Shown: positions 11,830-23,636 of the stretch, one piece after another
Layout of the letters: the number at the start of each line of letters is the position of its first letter
How positions within the stretch are numbered: the first letter of the stretch is position 1
Source: Eledone cirrhosa
Taxonomy: Eukaryota
Length of the DNA: 64,000 nt
Assembly (NCBI GenBank): GCA_964016885.1
Contig: OZ024740.1
Coordinates: forward strand, 1 to 64,000
Reading direction: 5' to 3'
The notes under the pieces: model-generated
What the model was told of the DNA's origin: nothing
Database searches by the model: none
The model's input: only the letters and a program-made list of their open reading frames with translations
Program-made: the position numbers and the translations under genes

Positions 11830-13118
11830 ATTTAAAAAAAAATTGTATTCATGCTCCTACATTGTCATATACATACATATGTACGTGTTGTATCTTGAAT
11901 AATATATGGGATGTTTATGACAAACATTTGAAGACATTTTGCTATGTAGGAGCAACAACAATACAACATTTTTTTTATTTAAGCCTGGCCGGCTACTGCT
12001 CCGTATGCAAATAAAGAATAGCAGAAATCTATAAGATTCTAGCTTACTTTAGCTTTTTAGGAGATTAGTATCAGTGTACATACAACATAAAAAAGACAGT
12101 AAATACCGGTGTGTGTGTTATAATAAAGTTTTTACTTCATAGAAGTCAAAAGGTATTAAATATAAGGATTTGTTACCCGATGGTCATAACTCAAGGCTGA
12201 AGTTGGTAGAGAAAAGAAGAGATCTTTTCCAGCTGGTATTGACATCTTAGGCTCTCATCTCAGTCTGCAAGTTGCATTGTTCTTGGTAACGAAAGGGTCA
12301 TCAAGAAGGAATCATCACCAGCTAAGGTCGCAGGTGTTACCACTTCAGGAGGCAAGAGGGAGATTTCGTGGTAAACTGCTCCTTATATATGAGTTGACCG
12401 GAAGTGACCAACAGGGAGTCTGTCAATCCCAAAGGGAAGCAACTCCACCTACTTTCTGTCTAGAGAGCGGTGATGAGATTGTCATGGCAAGGGAGGCAAC
12501 TCTTGCTACATTATCTCCCGCCAGATTTTTAAAACATAAAAATCGAAAGAAGCATGCTTGGAGTAAGATGGCGAGCATGTAAGAGGCATGAAAATTATGG
12601 TACAAAGTAATAAAAGTAAGAGAAGAGGTCAAAAGTTCAAATATCTAAAATACAGTTAACATGTGTGCAGTCACATGACAGCAGTAAAGAATGTGTTCCA
12701 GAGAATGAATGCAGGTGGTTTCTGGTCTGTGGTATAACATAAAATTTCCAACTTCCGAAGGGAATTTCTCACAGGCAGAGTGCTGCAGAAATAAATTGTC
12801 TGGCTTGTTCTGCTGGTTTTAGTTGTTGATGAAGCTGTGTTGTTGTTGTTGATGTTGTGAATGCGTTGACCTGGAAGGGTCAAGAGGCCAGCGACCAGAG
12901 AAATAAGCATTCTTAATAAATGCGCGGTTTTCAACGGCAAATTTACGTGGTAAATTTATAAACTGGCAAATAGAAGAATATAGCTTAAAATGTTCGTTGT
13001 AAAGGAAACGAGAAACATATATACATCCAGTGACATGGTAATGATAGGTACATTGTAATACAATAAATCCATAAATAACAAGAACAGCAAAAAAAAATAT
13101 AAGGCTCCAATGGCCAGT

Positions 13119-16100
13119 TCACATAAAAATAGTTTGGCAGATCTTTTTGGGCCAGTGGACTCTCCGACCGGAACGGGTCGTAGTCTTGTATGTAGGTGAA
13201 GGTGGGGCAGAAGGAGCAGGTGTATGCAGAAGAGAGAAAGATTGGGGTATTTGTGGCTCGGGTGTATCAGCGTCATTGTGTGGCCTTTTCAGTCTATCCA
13301 CCGAAATTGTCTCTCTGGACCCCTTAACGTCTACAGTGAAATGTTTGTCAGTGCGTGCTAACACACGGTAGGGTCCAGAGTATGGTTGTGTGAGGGGTGG
13401 TCTCACAGCATCGTTCCTTACGAACACATGGGTCCACGAGGCAATGTCCCTTGGGACCGCAGGTTTTACAGTTTGCTTCCTCGTATCCATCGGTGGCAGG
13501 TCCTGAAAATAAGAAGGCAGACGGGATACGTAGGAAAGTGGATCTTGGAAAGCAAGATCAACAGGGGCAAGCATTTGCCCAGGCAACGCTAGAGGAGCAC
13601 CGTAAATTAATTCAGCCAGGGAGAACCCAAGATCCTCCTTTATTGATGACCAAATTCCTAATAACACAATAGAAAGGTACTTGCTCCAACGTTGAGAGTC
13701 TGGATAGGCGTGAAAAGCGGCCTTTAATTGACGGTGGAATCGTTCCACCATTCCATTTGAAGCAGGATGATAGGCTGTGGTCCGAATCCGTTGAGCTCCA
13801 ATTATTTTTGTGAGCTCAGAGAAGAGATGGGACTCGAATTGTCTACCACGGTCTGTGGTGAGTGTAGTTGGTACCCCAAAGCGGGTAATCCACCCTGATA
13901 CCAGGGCACGTGCTACAGTCTCAGCAGTCATGTCTTGTAAAGGGATGGCTTCAGGCCATCGCAAAAAACGATCGACACACGTCAATATGTAGGAATATCC
14001 ACTGCTGAATGGCCAAGGTCCAACGATGTCAATGTGGATGTGTTGGAACCGAGCATCTGGAGTACTGAAAGTACCAAGTGGAGTCCGGATGTGTCTATGG
14101 ATCTTCGATTTCTCGCAAGCGATACAGGAACGGCACCAAGCAGTAATGTCGCGCCTCATATTTGACCAGAAGAATCTGGCTGTTATGAGTTTAACTGTGG
14201 CAGCAGATCCTGGATGAGAAATGTTGTGCAGAGCCAGGAACACAATTCGACGGTGAGTCTCAGGAACAAGTGGTCGTGGTCCATCAGTAGATACATCACA
14301 TAGAATCTGCCTGTCGGTGGTGGACAAGGGCAGATATTTGAAAATGCAAGTCGCAAATTCAGTAGAAAGACTGTCCAATGATTGGAGTGCAGGTTGGTCT
14401 GCAGCTAAACGACTTAAGTCGATCTCCTGGGATGACGAGATGGAGCTAATTGACAAACGTGACAATGCGTCTGCAACTATGTTGTGCGAGCCGGCAATGT
14501 GCTGGATATCGTTTGTAAATTGTGAAACGTAGTCCAGGTGCCTTGTCTCTCTGGGCGAATATCTGTCGGCTTTGGCCCTCAAAGCGAAGGTCAACGGTTT
14601 GTGGTCGGTAAAAACCGTAAAATTTCTCCCCTCAAGAATATGAGAGAAATGTTTCACCGACAGATATATGGCTAATAATTCCCGCCCAAACGTGCTATAA
14701 CGCGTTTCTGCTGGTTTCAACTTCCTCGAGAAAAATGCCAAACGTTGTTGATTTTCAGCGTAAGACTGCTGTAAAATTGCTCCCACAGCGGTATCAGATG
14801 CATCAACACAAAGCGAAAGCTTGGCCTCTGGTACCGGGTGGGCTAGCAAAGAAGAACTAGCGAGTGCTGTCTTGGCTGACTGGAAGTCCTGGAGCTGTCC
14901 TTGTGTCAAGGAAATGTCTTCATTCTTCTTACGACGATTTTTTAAAATGTCAGTAAGGGAAGATAGCCAATTAGCACAATGAGGAATGAAACGCCTATAG
15001 AAGTTGATTAGGCCTAAGAAGTGACGCAACTGGTGAAGTGTAGTAGGTGGAGGTAACTCCTGTATGGCTTGAACTCGCTGAGGGAGCGGCCTAATACCTT
15101 CGGCATCGATGAGGTGGCCTAAAAAATGTAGGGAAGTGGAACCGAAAACACACTTTGCAGGATTCACACGAACGTGGTAATCCTGAAGTCGCCGAAGTAA
15201 GAGAAGCATGTGGCGCATATGCTCTTCCGGAGAGGAACTAGCAACGAGAATATCGTCTATGTAAGCATAGACGAAGTCCAGACCACGCGTGACCTCGTCT
15301 ATGAACCGCTGAAAAGTGCTAGCGGCGTTCCTGAGTCCGAAAGGCATGGTCAAAAATTCGAATGATCCGAAAGGGGTTGTAATCGCCGTTTTCGGAATAT
15401 CCTCCTTCCTGACCGGAATTTGGTGGTAGGCTCGCACTAAATCTAACTTAGAAAAAATCTTAGACCCCTGCAGTGAAGATGCAAAATCATGGTGATGGGG
15501 AATGGGATACCTATCCGGGACGGTCATGGCATTTAACCTCCTATAATCCCTAGTGGGTCTCCAGTCGCCGGAAGTCTTGGGCACCATGTGTAACGGTGAA
15601 ACCCAAGGACTCGTAGATGGGCGGATAATGCCCAGCTGCAGCATATGGACGAACTCGGACCGCGCTGCCTTTAATTTTTCCGTCGGTAAGCGGCGTGGAC
15701 GCGAAAACACTGGGGCACCGGTGGTGGAAACGAAATGTTCGGTCGAGTGTGTTGGGTCAGTGACTTGAAAATTTCCATCCGTGAGCTCCGGGAAAGAACC
15801 CAGTAACGCATGGTAGGCGTCTCCAGCGGCAGCGATAAAGAACATGGGGCTGACTATTGGGGCATTGGCTTCCTGGCCATGAATTGAAAAGCCGGTGATG
15901 TTATCCACCAGGCGTTGGCCACGGACGTCCACAGTTAAAGAGAAGTTGTGGAGGAAATCCGCTCCTAAGATGGGATATGGCAAATCGGCAACCGTAAAAA
16001 TCCACTTAAAATCCCTTCGAAGATTTAGGAATTTAAGAGGGAGCGAGATTTGCCCGTACGTCTTTATAGACGAGTGGTTAACTGCCTGCAGCGTAACAGA

Positions 16101-16247
16101 TGACTCTAAGGGGGTATCTTTCAGGCAATGGACCGGCCAGATACTACAGGAGGCTCCTGTATCCACGAGGAAACCTCTTCCGGACATTAGGTCCTTAATG
16201 AAGAAATGGCAGTTTGGTGGCTTTATGTTGAGGTCATCTGTCCCCAT
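13119..16247 (-). CDS. pol: Gypsy 2 pol (PR-RT-RH-IN)
   Basis: 1042-aa ORF with LVDTGA, YIDD, DAS, TDHKPL, HHCC and the integrase core. Confidence 0.95.
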   Translation of the reverse strand: MGTDDLNIKPPNCHFFIKDLMSGRGFLVDTGASCSIWPVHCLKDTPLESSVTLQAVNHSSIKTYGQISLPLKFLNLRRDFKWIFTVADLPYPILGADFLHNFSLTVDVRGQRLVDNITGFSIHGQEANAPIVSPMFFIAAAGDAYHALLGSFPELTDGNFQVTDPTHSTEHFVSTTGAPVFSRPRRLPTEKLKAARSEFVHMLQLGIIRPSTSPWVSPLHMVPKTSGDWRPTRDYRRLNAMTVPDRYPIPHHHDFASSLQGSKIFSKLDLVRAYHQIPVRKEDIPKTAITTPFGSFEFLTMPFGLRNAASTFQRFIDEVTRGLDFVYAYIDDILVASSSPEEHMRHMLLLLRRLQDYHVRVNPAKCVFGSTSLHFLGHLIDAEGIRPLPQRVQAIQELPPPTTLHQLRHFLGLINFYRRFIPHCANWLSSLTDILKNRRKKNEDISLTQGQLQDFQSAKTALASSSLLAHPVPEAKLSLCVDASDTAVGAILQQSYAENQQRLAFFSRKLKPAETRYSTFGRELLAIYLSVKHFSHILEGRNFTVFTDHKPLTFALRAKADRYSPRETRHLDYVSQFTNDIQHIAGSHNIVADALSRLSISSISSSQEIDLSRLAADQPALQSLDSLSTEFATCIFKYLPLSTTDRQILCDVSTDGPRPLVPETHRRIVFLALHNISHPGSAATVKLITARFFWSNMRRDITAWCRSCIACEKSKIHRHIRTPLGTFSTPDARFQHIHIDIVGPWPFSSGYSYILTCVDRFLRWPEAIPLQDMTAETVARALVSGWITRFGVPTTLTTDRGRQFESHLFSELTKIIGAQRIRTTAYHPASNGMVERFHRQLKAAFHAYPDSQRWSKYLSIVLLGIWSSIKEDLGFSLAELIYGAPLALPGQMLAPVDLAFQDPLSYVSRLPSYFQDLPPMDTRKQTVKPAVPRDIASWTHVFVRNDAVRPPLTQPYSGPYRVLARTDKHFTVDVKGSRETISVDRLKRPHNDADTPEPQIPQSFSLLHTPAPSAPPSPTYKTTTRSGRRVHWPKKICQTIFM

Positions 16248-16370
16248 CAGAGGACCTCTTATGCGTTTCCCGCCTTATGAAAGGAGCAAGGTTGCACGCA
16301 GTGATTCGCGTTCACAGCAAATCGCTCGTGGTACCAGCATAGAGATGAAGCTGGTGATTTAGAACGCCGT

Positions 16371-17015
16371 CTAAAAGTTTGCAATCTCCCGCGACTGCGG
16401 GGACGCGAACAGCCACCACACAAGGCCTTCATCTTGTGGAGCTCTATGGTGAGCTGTCTGTTGGTGCTGCCGCGTAGATCGCACGGCCGTGTGTGTGGCC
16501 CGAGCTGGGTGGTGAACAGCGGCCAGGGGATCGCTGCTTCCGGGATTCATCACCTCGAAAATTTTGTCCGCAGATGAGGCAAGCTGATCCACCGTGCTTG
16601 TATCCCTTATGGGGTCCAAAATTGCCTGTACGTTGGTCGGCAGGCGCGAAAAGAACAACTGCTTCAGCAGGACAGTTTCCGCTGCAGACCCCTCCGTTAG
16701 GTCCTTCATTCGCCTAAGGAGGTTCGATGGGGTGCCATCCCCTATATGCTCCAGATGAACCAGAGCCCTAAATCTCTTTTCTGAAGACTGTTCTGTCCGG
16801 CTGAGTATTTCAGCCTTCAGAGACGTGTACGACGAGTCTGTGGTTGCCTCTAACACGAGGTCCTTAACCGCTGGGAGCATTGCCGGCGGAATTGCGCTAA
16901 GGACCACAGAATGTAGTTCCTCGTCAACTCTGTTCGCCCTGAAGAATGCTTCTAACTGTGAGAACCATAGCCTCACGTCGCCCGTGTACGTTGGCAGAAC
17001 AGAGTGGGAAGCCAT
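16371..17015 (-). CDS. gag: Gypsy 2 gag, frameshifted near its C-terminus
   Basis: LPTY..DVRLWFSQLEAFF and IGDGTPSNLLRRM capsid-like motifs. The CWYH motif continues in another frame at ~16320-16340. Confidence 0.85.
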   Translation of the reverse strand: MASHSVLPTYTGDVRLWFSQLEAFFRANRVDEELHSVVLSAIPPAMLPAVKDLVLEATTDSSYTSLKAEILSRTEQSSEKRFRALVHLEHIGDGTPSNLLRRMKDLTEGSAAETVLLKQLFFSRLPTNVQAILDPIRDTSTVDQLASSADKIFEVMNPGSSDPLAAVHHPARATHTAVRSTRQHQQTAHHRAPQDEGLVWWLFASPQSREIANF

Positions 17016-18103
17016 TGGTATACCGCAGGCAATCTACCGTTTGGAAAAATGTCTCTAACGTAACAGAAAAGGAAAACAAAATTTTTCCGTCAGACCACTG
17101 GACCGGAAAAATAATGCATCCGGGACAATATGCAAACAAGCGGTTACATGAATGCTGTTATACTAAGGTAAGGGCAAGGAACCTGAAAAATAAAAAAAAA
17201 ACATGACAGACTATTTCGCGCCAAAAACACTATTGATGGAGAAGAGAGACTCCATCTGTCATCCTCAAAAGTTTTTAGCCAGAGAAGAGAAGGGCAGAAA
17301 AGGAGAGAAAACAAAAGGCAAAAACATTTATACAATTGCGGTTTGTCTGTGTGTCAATAATTGCAGGTTTACGTTTTGTATTAAATTGTTTTATTTTTCT
17401 CTTTTTCTTCTGTCTCTCTTTTTTTTTTTTTATATCATATTAAATACACCGTATACCATTTACCATTCTTTTTTTTTTTTTTTTAAATCACGTCGGGGGT
17501 CACCACTTTAGGAGATTAGTATCGGTGTACATACAACATAAAAAAGACAGTAAATACCGGTGTGTGTCTTATAATAAAGTTTTTACTTCATGGAAGTCAA
17601 AGGTATTAAATATAAGGATTTGTTACCCGATGGTCATAACTCAAGGCTGAAGTTGGTAGAGAAAAGAAGAGATCTTTTCTAGCTGGTATTGACATCTTAG
17701 GCTCTCATCTCAGTCTGCAAGTTGCATTGTTCTTGGTAACGAAAGGGTCATCAAGAAGGAATCATCACCAGCTAAAGTCGCAGGTGTTACCACTTCAGGA
17801 GGCAAGAGGGAGATTTCGTGGTAAACTGCTCCTTATATATGAGTTGACCGGAAGTGACCAACAGGGAGTCTGTCAATCCCAAAGGGAAGCAACTCCACCT
17901 ACTTCCTGTCTAGAGAGCGGTGATGAGATTGTCATGGCAAGGGAGGCAACTCTTGCTACAGCTTAAACAGAAGCAGAAAGATAATTATTCTTGATAACCG
18001 CTAATAAGTGAGAAACGATGGCATTGTCGATATATATATTAGCAAAATAAGAAAACAGCAGAAAATGCTAATAAAATTTTTATCATAGAAAAATAGACAA
18101 ACA

Positions 18104-18157
18104 AGTTTTAGTACCGGTTTCAGTCGATAAAAATTTCAACTTCTTCATGCTAGAAGA
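18104..18157 (-). ncRNA. Degenerate hammerhead-like motif
   Basis: Minus strand CTAG-CATGAAGA-AGTTGA..TCGACT-GAAA-CCGG-TA-CTAA. The core has an extra base and stem I is weak. Confidence 0.45.
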
Positions 18158-18900
18158 ATATGATAAAAAGTATGTAATAAAGTTAAGGTGTATATTAATT
18201 AGAAAAGAATATTAGAGAATATAGTTTACACACATACACACAGATAATTCTTTTACTTTCTATGTCCCCAATACATTATACTTTCCATTTATTAAACACT
18301 TTCCACAATCTCTTTCGCATATTTACCGTTAACTATATGTACATTCAATTAATTATTCCCCTACTCCGTTGGAATACATTGGCTATATAATATACGATAG
18401 TGTCTTCATGTTATGGTGATAGCCTGGTTTGAATGTCTGTATCTTGCCTTTGTAGATTACATCCAATATGAATCTAAGACTGACTTGCGCGTAGAACCTA
18501 GAGGCAGCTGGGGATTGTGTATAGGTTTTCCTGTCTCATTAAATCCTGTGTTGCTTCAGTTTTGATACTTCTTGACTTTATCATTAACTTCACTGGTATG
18601 GATAACTAGGAATACACAACACTGGCTGGCGGTGAAGACCTTTCTAGCTGTGCTCGAGGCACTTCGCTCTGTCCATCTTGAGTGCTTGGAAATAAATTTC
18701 CCTTTTCTACGATATACCGTAATACTCGGAACCGTCGGTGGGCCTTTGGGCCCTGGGTGTGTTGGGAGGGTCGCCATTTTCAGATGTTAACCTCCATACC
18801 ATACTACTTATATAGTATAGTGCAAGACTCACACTCTATAGGAATATAACATTGAACTACGAGAGGAACTCAGAGCGGATAGTGACTTAGCTTAGCTTAA

Positions 18901-19145
18901 CATCATCATCATCATCGTTTAATGTCTATCTTTCACGCTAGCATGGGTTAGACAGGTTTGTCTCATTTAGAGACAAGTTGGGTCGGGTGACTGTGTCTCG
19001 CTCATATAGGAGAGTTTCTGGCTGATTTTCTACGGCTGGTAGCCCCTCCTAATGCTATCCACATTGACAGTGTGGACTGGGTGCTTTTTGTCGTGACACA
19101 TACATGATCACTTTACAGTGTCGGCTGGATGTTTTGTGGTACCAG
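18901..19145 (-). mobile_element. RTE 3'-tail fragment
   Basis: (CAT)n followed by the CACGCTAGCATGGGTTAGAC tail shared with the RTE 3' ends. Confidence 0.75.
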
Positions 19146-19177
19146 TATAATATACATATATATATACATATAGGCAT

Positions 19178-19487
19178 GGAGGCACATGGCTTAGTGGTTA
19201 GAGCATTGGGCTTGCAATCGAAAGGTTGTTAGTTCAATTCTCAGATCGGGTGATGTATTGCTTCCTTGAGCAAGACACTTTATTTCACATTGCTCCAGTT
19301 TACTCAGCTGTAGAAATGAGATCCACCGCAAAGTGGTCGTGGAGGTGCCACGGCAAAAAAGCACCCAGCACTCCCTGTAAATGAGGTTGGTGTTAGGAAG
19401 GGCATCCAGCTGTAGAAATCAAGCCAGAATCAGTTCCCATCCCACCCTTGCAAGCAGGGAAAAGTGGACGTAAAATGAAATGATGAT
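19178..19487 (+). mobile_element. tRNA-derived SINE with CORE-like centre and RTE-B-derived 3' tail
   Basis: Head TGGCTTAGTGGTTAGAGC...GTTCAATTC, centre CCTTGAGCAAGACACTT, tail matching the RTE 3' UTR at 58440-58710. Second copy at 33625-33965 (-). Confidence 0.85.
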
Positions 19488-19599
19488 ATATATACATGCA
19501 CATATCATGATACTGATATACACATATATATATATATTTGCGTGCATATACATATACCATATATGTAATATACATATACATACACACTTCATATATAGA

Positions 19600-20032
19600 A
19601 GACTAGGACTAGGTGATAAAAGCGGACCTTGCCCAATTGCACCTTTCAACGGCGATGACACAGGACCGTGACCTCTGGCGTCACACAGTAATACAGAAGA
19701 CCTGACTTCCCAGGGAACAAGCGGAAGCTGAAGCATATAGACAATATACACCCACCCCCTGCCACTGCGAAGTGGTCATGGAGGTACCACAGCAAAAAAG
19801 CACCCAGCCCACACTGTAAAGTGGACATGTAGGCGCCACAGCAAAAAAGCACCCAACACTCACTGTAAATGAGGTGTGTGTTAGGAAGGGCATCCAGCTG
19901 TAGAAATCAAGCCAGAATCAGTTCCAGTATGAGCAAGATAAGGTGAGCCGACCTAACATTTCCCACAACAGGACAACCCGTCTAACCCATGCTAGTGTGG
20001 AAGAATGGACATAAAACGGTGATGATGATGAT
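19600..20032 (+). mobile_element. RTE subfamily B 3' fragment
   Basis: Aligns by eye with 58280-58710 and ends in GATGATGATG. Confidence 0.85.
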
Positions 20033-20047
20033 GCACACATAAATATA

Positions 20048-20585
20048 TCATCAACCTCGTTGATTAACGTCCATCATTCATGGATTGGACGGATTGACCC
20101 TTGTTTAGCTCACCTGGGGCAGATTTTGGCTTGGTTTCTACAGCTGGGTACTCTTCCTACTGCCAACCACATTTACAGTGTGTGCTCGGTGCTTTTTGTC
20201 GTGTCACCTACACGGCCACATTACAGTGGGGCCTGGGCCCTTTTGTCTTGGTACTAGGGAGGGGGCAGGAAGCTTGAGGAAAATATGGACAGGGTGGTAG
20301 GGGAGGTATGGTTACCGCTAAGGGAGGTGAATGAAGGGATAGCAGGTTGAGGAAGGTGTGGCCTGCTAGGTATAAGCCTCATCCTGAGAACAATAGAGGG
20401 CTGGTCTTTCATAAAACTGCATAGCGCCAGAAGTTGCGGTCCTGAGTCATTGCCTTTGAGAGGTGTAATTGTGCAAGGTCAGCTTTTATTACCTCATCCC
20501 AAGTCTTCCTAGGCTTACCCACACCACGGTTTACATCGATTTTGAGCGTTTTGCACCTTAATATACAGCTGTCATCCTTCATACA
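20048..20585 (-). mobile_element. RTE-type 3' fragment
   Basis: Reverse-strand KDDSCI..C......GVGKPRKTWDEVIKADL coding remnant plus an RTE-like 3' UTR. Confidence 0.75.
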
Positions 20586-20612
20586 ATATATAAGCCCAAT
20601 ATATACAAAAAT

Positions 20613-20778
20613 CGGCGGTGAATTGGCAGTATCGGTAGAGGAGTTACGTCCCTTTACGATCTGAGTTCAAATCCCGCAGAGGTTAACTTTGCCTTTAATC
20701 CTTACGGGGTCGATGAAATAAAGTACCAGTAATGTACTGGGTGATTACTGGCCTTGTACCAAAAAGTAGAAACAATTA
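20613..20778 (+). mobile_element. Meta-type tRNA SINE
   Basis: Same family as 8492-8677. Confidence 0.85.
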
Positions 20779-21170
20779 TATACAAAGATATGTTATTTCC
20801 TAATTACTGTAACTGAAATGAAATAATCCTCACTCCGGAATCGAAACCGAGTTTTTATTTCAATATTTTGTTTCGAGGTAAAGTCGTGTTTCGAGTTCGT
20901 TAAAAAAATTACCAAGGTGAGTTGTCTCTCTTGTTTATTGTGTCTATACTGAGATATTCTTTATTACTCATGTGTTCTTCATTCCGTTAGATATTCGTGA
21001 CATTTTCCTGTTGCAAAAAAAAACTTTCATCATTCCTTTGCATCTTGTAGATGTTTTCCTTTTTAAACTCACTTTTTTCTTTTGTTCATGCTATAAAAAG
21101 AATGAGGAATAAAGGGAGACAACTTATCTCTGCTTTTTTTTTTTTTTAAAGAATGTAAAACACGACATAA

Positions 21171-21545
21171 TTGGCAGTATCGGTAGAGGGTTGGACGCCA
21201 TGTTTTCTAGCATAGTTACGTCCCTTTACAGTCTGAGTTCAAATCCCGCCGAGGTTAACTTTGCCTTTCATCCTTACGGGGTCGATAAAATAAAGTACCA
21301 GTAATGTACTGGATAATTGCTGGCCTTGTGCCTAAAGTAGAAACAATTATATTAATTTGGCACAAGGCCAGTACATTACTAGTACTTTATTTTATGCTTT
21401 CCAGCATAGTTACGTCCCTTTACGGTCTGAGTTCAAATCCCGTCGAGGTTAACTTTCCCTTTCATCCTTACGGGGTCGATAAAATAAAGTACCAGTAATG
21501 TACTGGGTAATTGCTGGCCTTGTGTCAAAATTAGAAACAATTATA
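21171..21545 (+). mobile_element. Two tandem Meta-type SINE copies joined by a short inverted piece
   Basis: SINE at 21171-21350, inverted 3' piece at ~21352-21394, then a 5'-truncated SINE at ~21395-21545. Confidence 0.8.
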
Positions 21546-22209
21546 TTATAATCCCTCCTCACCCCGATTCCTAAATATTAGCATTATGTGGTTTGGTTGT
21601 GGCTATAATTTCATTAGCAGTAGCACTAATACAACGTGATTCACAATAAAGACGTATAAACCTATATACAATGTGTTTATGTATAGTCAGACAGTCTTTC
21701 TTAACGTCCTGTACTGCATGGGACCTTGAAAAAACATCACTATCACATTAAACAGTCTTTATAAACATTTGATTGAACAAACCAGTTTTTAGATATTTTC
21801 TACTAAATCATTATACAAGCCTTCCGGTGCTAAGGGGCTTTTGGGACTTTAGCCCCTCCAGGGAAACACCTTCTTTATTCTGTGTGCTGGGACTGGGGGG
21901 TGGTCAACACATGGGCTCCTGTTTGTATATATGTTTGTGAGGGGTGGGGAGAGCGAGAGAGACGGAGGTAGTGAGTGAAAGAGAGAGGTGGGGAGAGTGA
22001 GAGAGACGGAGGTAGTGACTGAAAGAGGGAGAACATCAACACACACACACTTGATAAGACAAAGAAAGTTGAGAAGAGTGACTATTCTATTCTTTGTTTT
22101 TCAGTATACTTGTGCTTTGGTTTTTATTACATTGATTTTCTATTGATTCTAAATATGTTATGATCATGTTTTTAATTTCTTTCTTATTGGTGATAAAAGA
22201 GCCTTAGCT

Positions 22210-22410
22210 AATAATAATAATTTCTACTATAGGCACAAGGCCAGCAATTTTTGGGGAGGGTAAAGTCGATCAAATCAACCCCAGTCTGCGACTAGCACTT
22301 TATTTTATCTACCCTGTAAGGATGAAAGGCAAAGCTCAACCCCAGTGGGATTTGAACTCAGAATGTAAAGGTTCGTAACTCTAAGCTGCAAAGCCTGGTG
22401 TCTGATATTG
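22210..22410 (-). mobile_element. Meta-type tRNA SINE (diverged)
   Basis: Reverse complement of the SINE core (GGATGAAAGGCAAAG, GGATTTGAACTCAG). Confidence 0.75.
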
Positions 22411-23192
22411 TACAGTATATAATCCCCCTCCAAACTGTAATGGAAGCTCTGTTATAGGATGTTACCCTGATATTAAGGTAGACCACAGAAAACATACAAT
22501 GACACTCAATGAATGTTTATCATACATATGTTGTATATGGGTTTATATAAGTCTTTATCATAATCTAATATTTGTGTTATAGGAGTCAGGTATAGTTGTT
22601 TAAGTACCAACAAACCTAAGTTGTTATCACATTAACCATAACATTTCTGTCTACATTATCTAATCATCATCTTCACCATTTTACGTCCATTTTTCCACTC
22701 TATCATAGGTTAGACAAGTTGTCCTGTTGAGGGCAATGCTAGGTCAGGTGTTGAGGGCAATGCTAGGTCTTGCGCATACAGACTATTTTTCATAAAATAT
22801 GGTTGCATTTATATAAGATTTGGTACTTATTTCTAGCAGGTTGAGCTAACATAGTGGTTTCTTCAGTAGTTTGAGACCACTATAGCTGATATAATCAGTT
22901 CTCCATCACTGTTCCATATTCTACCAACCCTGAGCAAGGTTTCAACTCAGAATCTAGAAGGTTGAAACTAAATTCCTATAAAAAACTTAGTCTGGTTCAC
23001 TGTTGTCTAAACAACTACCACAGTTGTTGAGTCAATGAGGAAGCCTCTCACTTGACCTTTTAGAAAGAGCAGCTGAATGTCCCTCAGATTACAGACCACT
23101 GTCTTAAAAATAGGGTACATCACAATTGGAAAATGTCCTAAATTCCCAAAACTTATAAACCGTAGCCCTTTGGTGTAGTGATTAACGTAATT

Positions 23193-23310
23193 GTATGGTA
23201 CTTGAGAGATGTGACGTTTGATTCCTTGCTTGTATGGTACTTGAGAGATGTGTCTTTTGATTAACATGCTTATATGGTACTTGAGAGATGTGACGTTTGA
23301 TTCCTTGCTT
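23193..23310. repeat. Short tandem repeat (TATGGTACTTGAGAGATGTG...) x3
   Basis: Three ~38-42-bp units are visible. Confidence 0.8.
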
Positions 23311-23636
23311 CTGTCCACTTCATTCTATCTCTAAAAGTAGTTCATCTGATTTTCCCAACTATTATTTATAGTGATAGACTATTATTACAGTCGTTTTTCT
23401 ACATTTGGGATGCTCGCATTTCAACTTTCAAATTGCACTCAGCATTTTGTAAATCATAAGAGACTCTTTATATTCAAGCTACAAACTATATAGCATACTC
23501 AACTTATGGAAAGGGATGTCAGCAGCCCTTAACATACTAATGTCCTTGCATGGTATTTGAATGATATGAGGTTTCATTCCTTGCAGGTGATTCTGTCCAA
23601 TGTAAAGGTAGTTACCCAATTTTCTTAACTATTATT

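Larger units (their letters stand above)
12056..17960 (-). mobile_element. Ty3/Gypsy LTR retrotransposon 2 (LTRs at 12056-12510 and 17507-17960), in ELP2 intron 1
   Basis: ~455-bp LTRs with ~7 differences seen, TSD GCTT (12052-12055 / 17961-17964), tRNA-Trp-type PBS (minus strand TGGTGACCCCCGACGTGAT, 17487-17505), and gag + pol ORFs. Confidence 0.97.
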
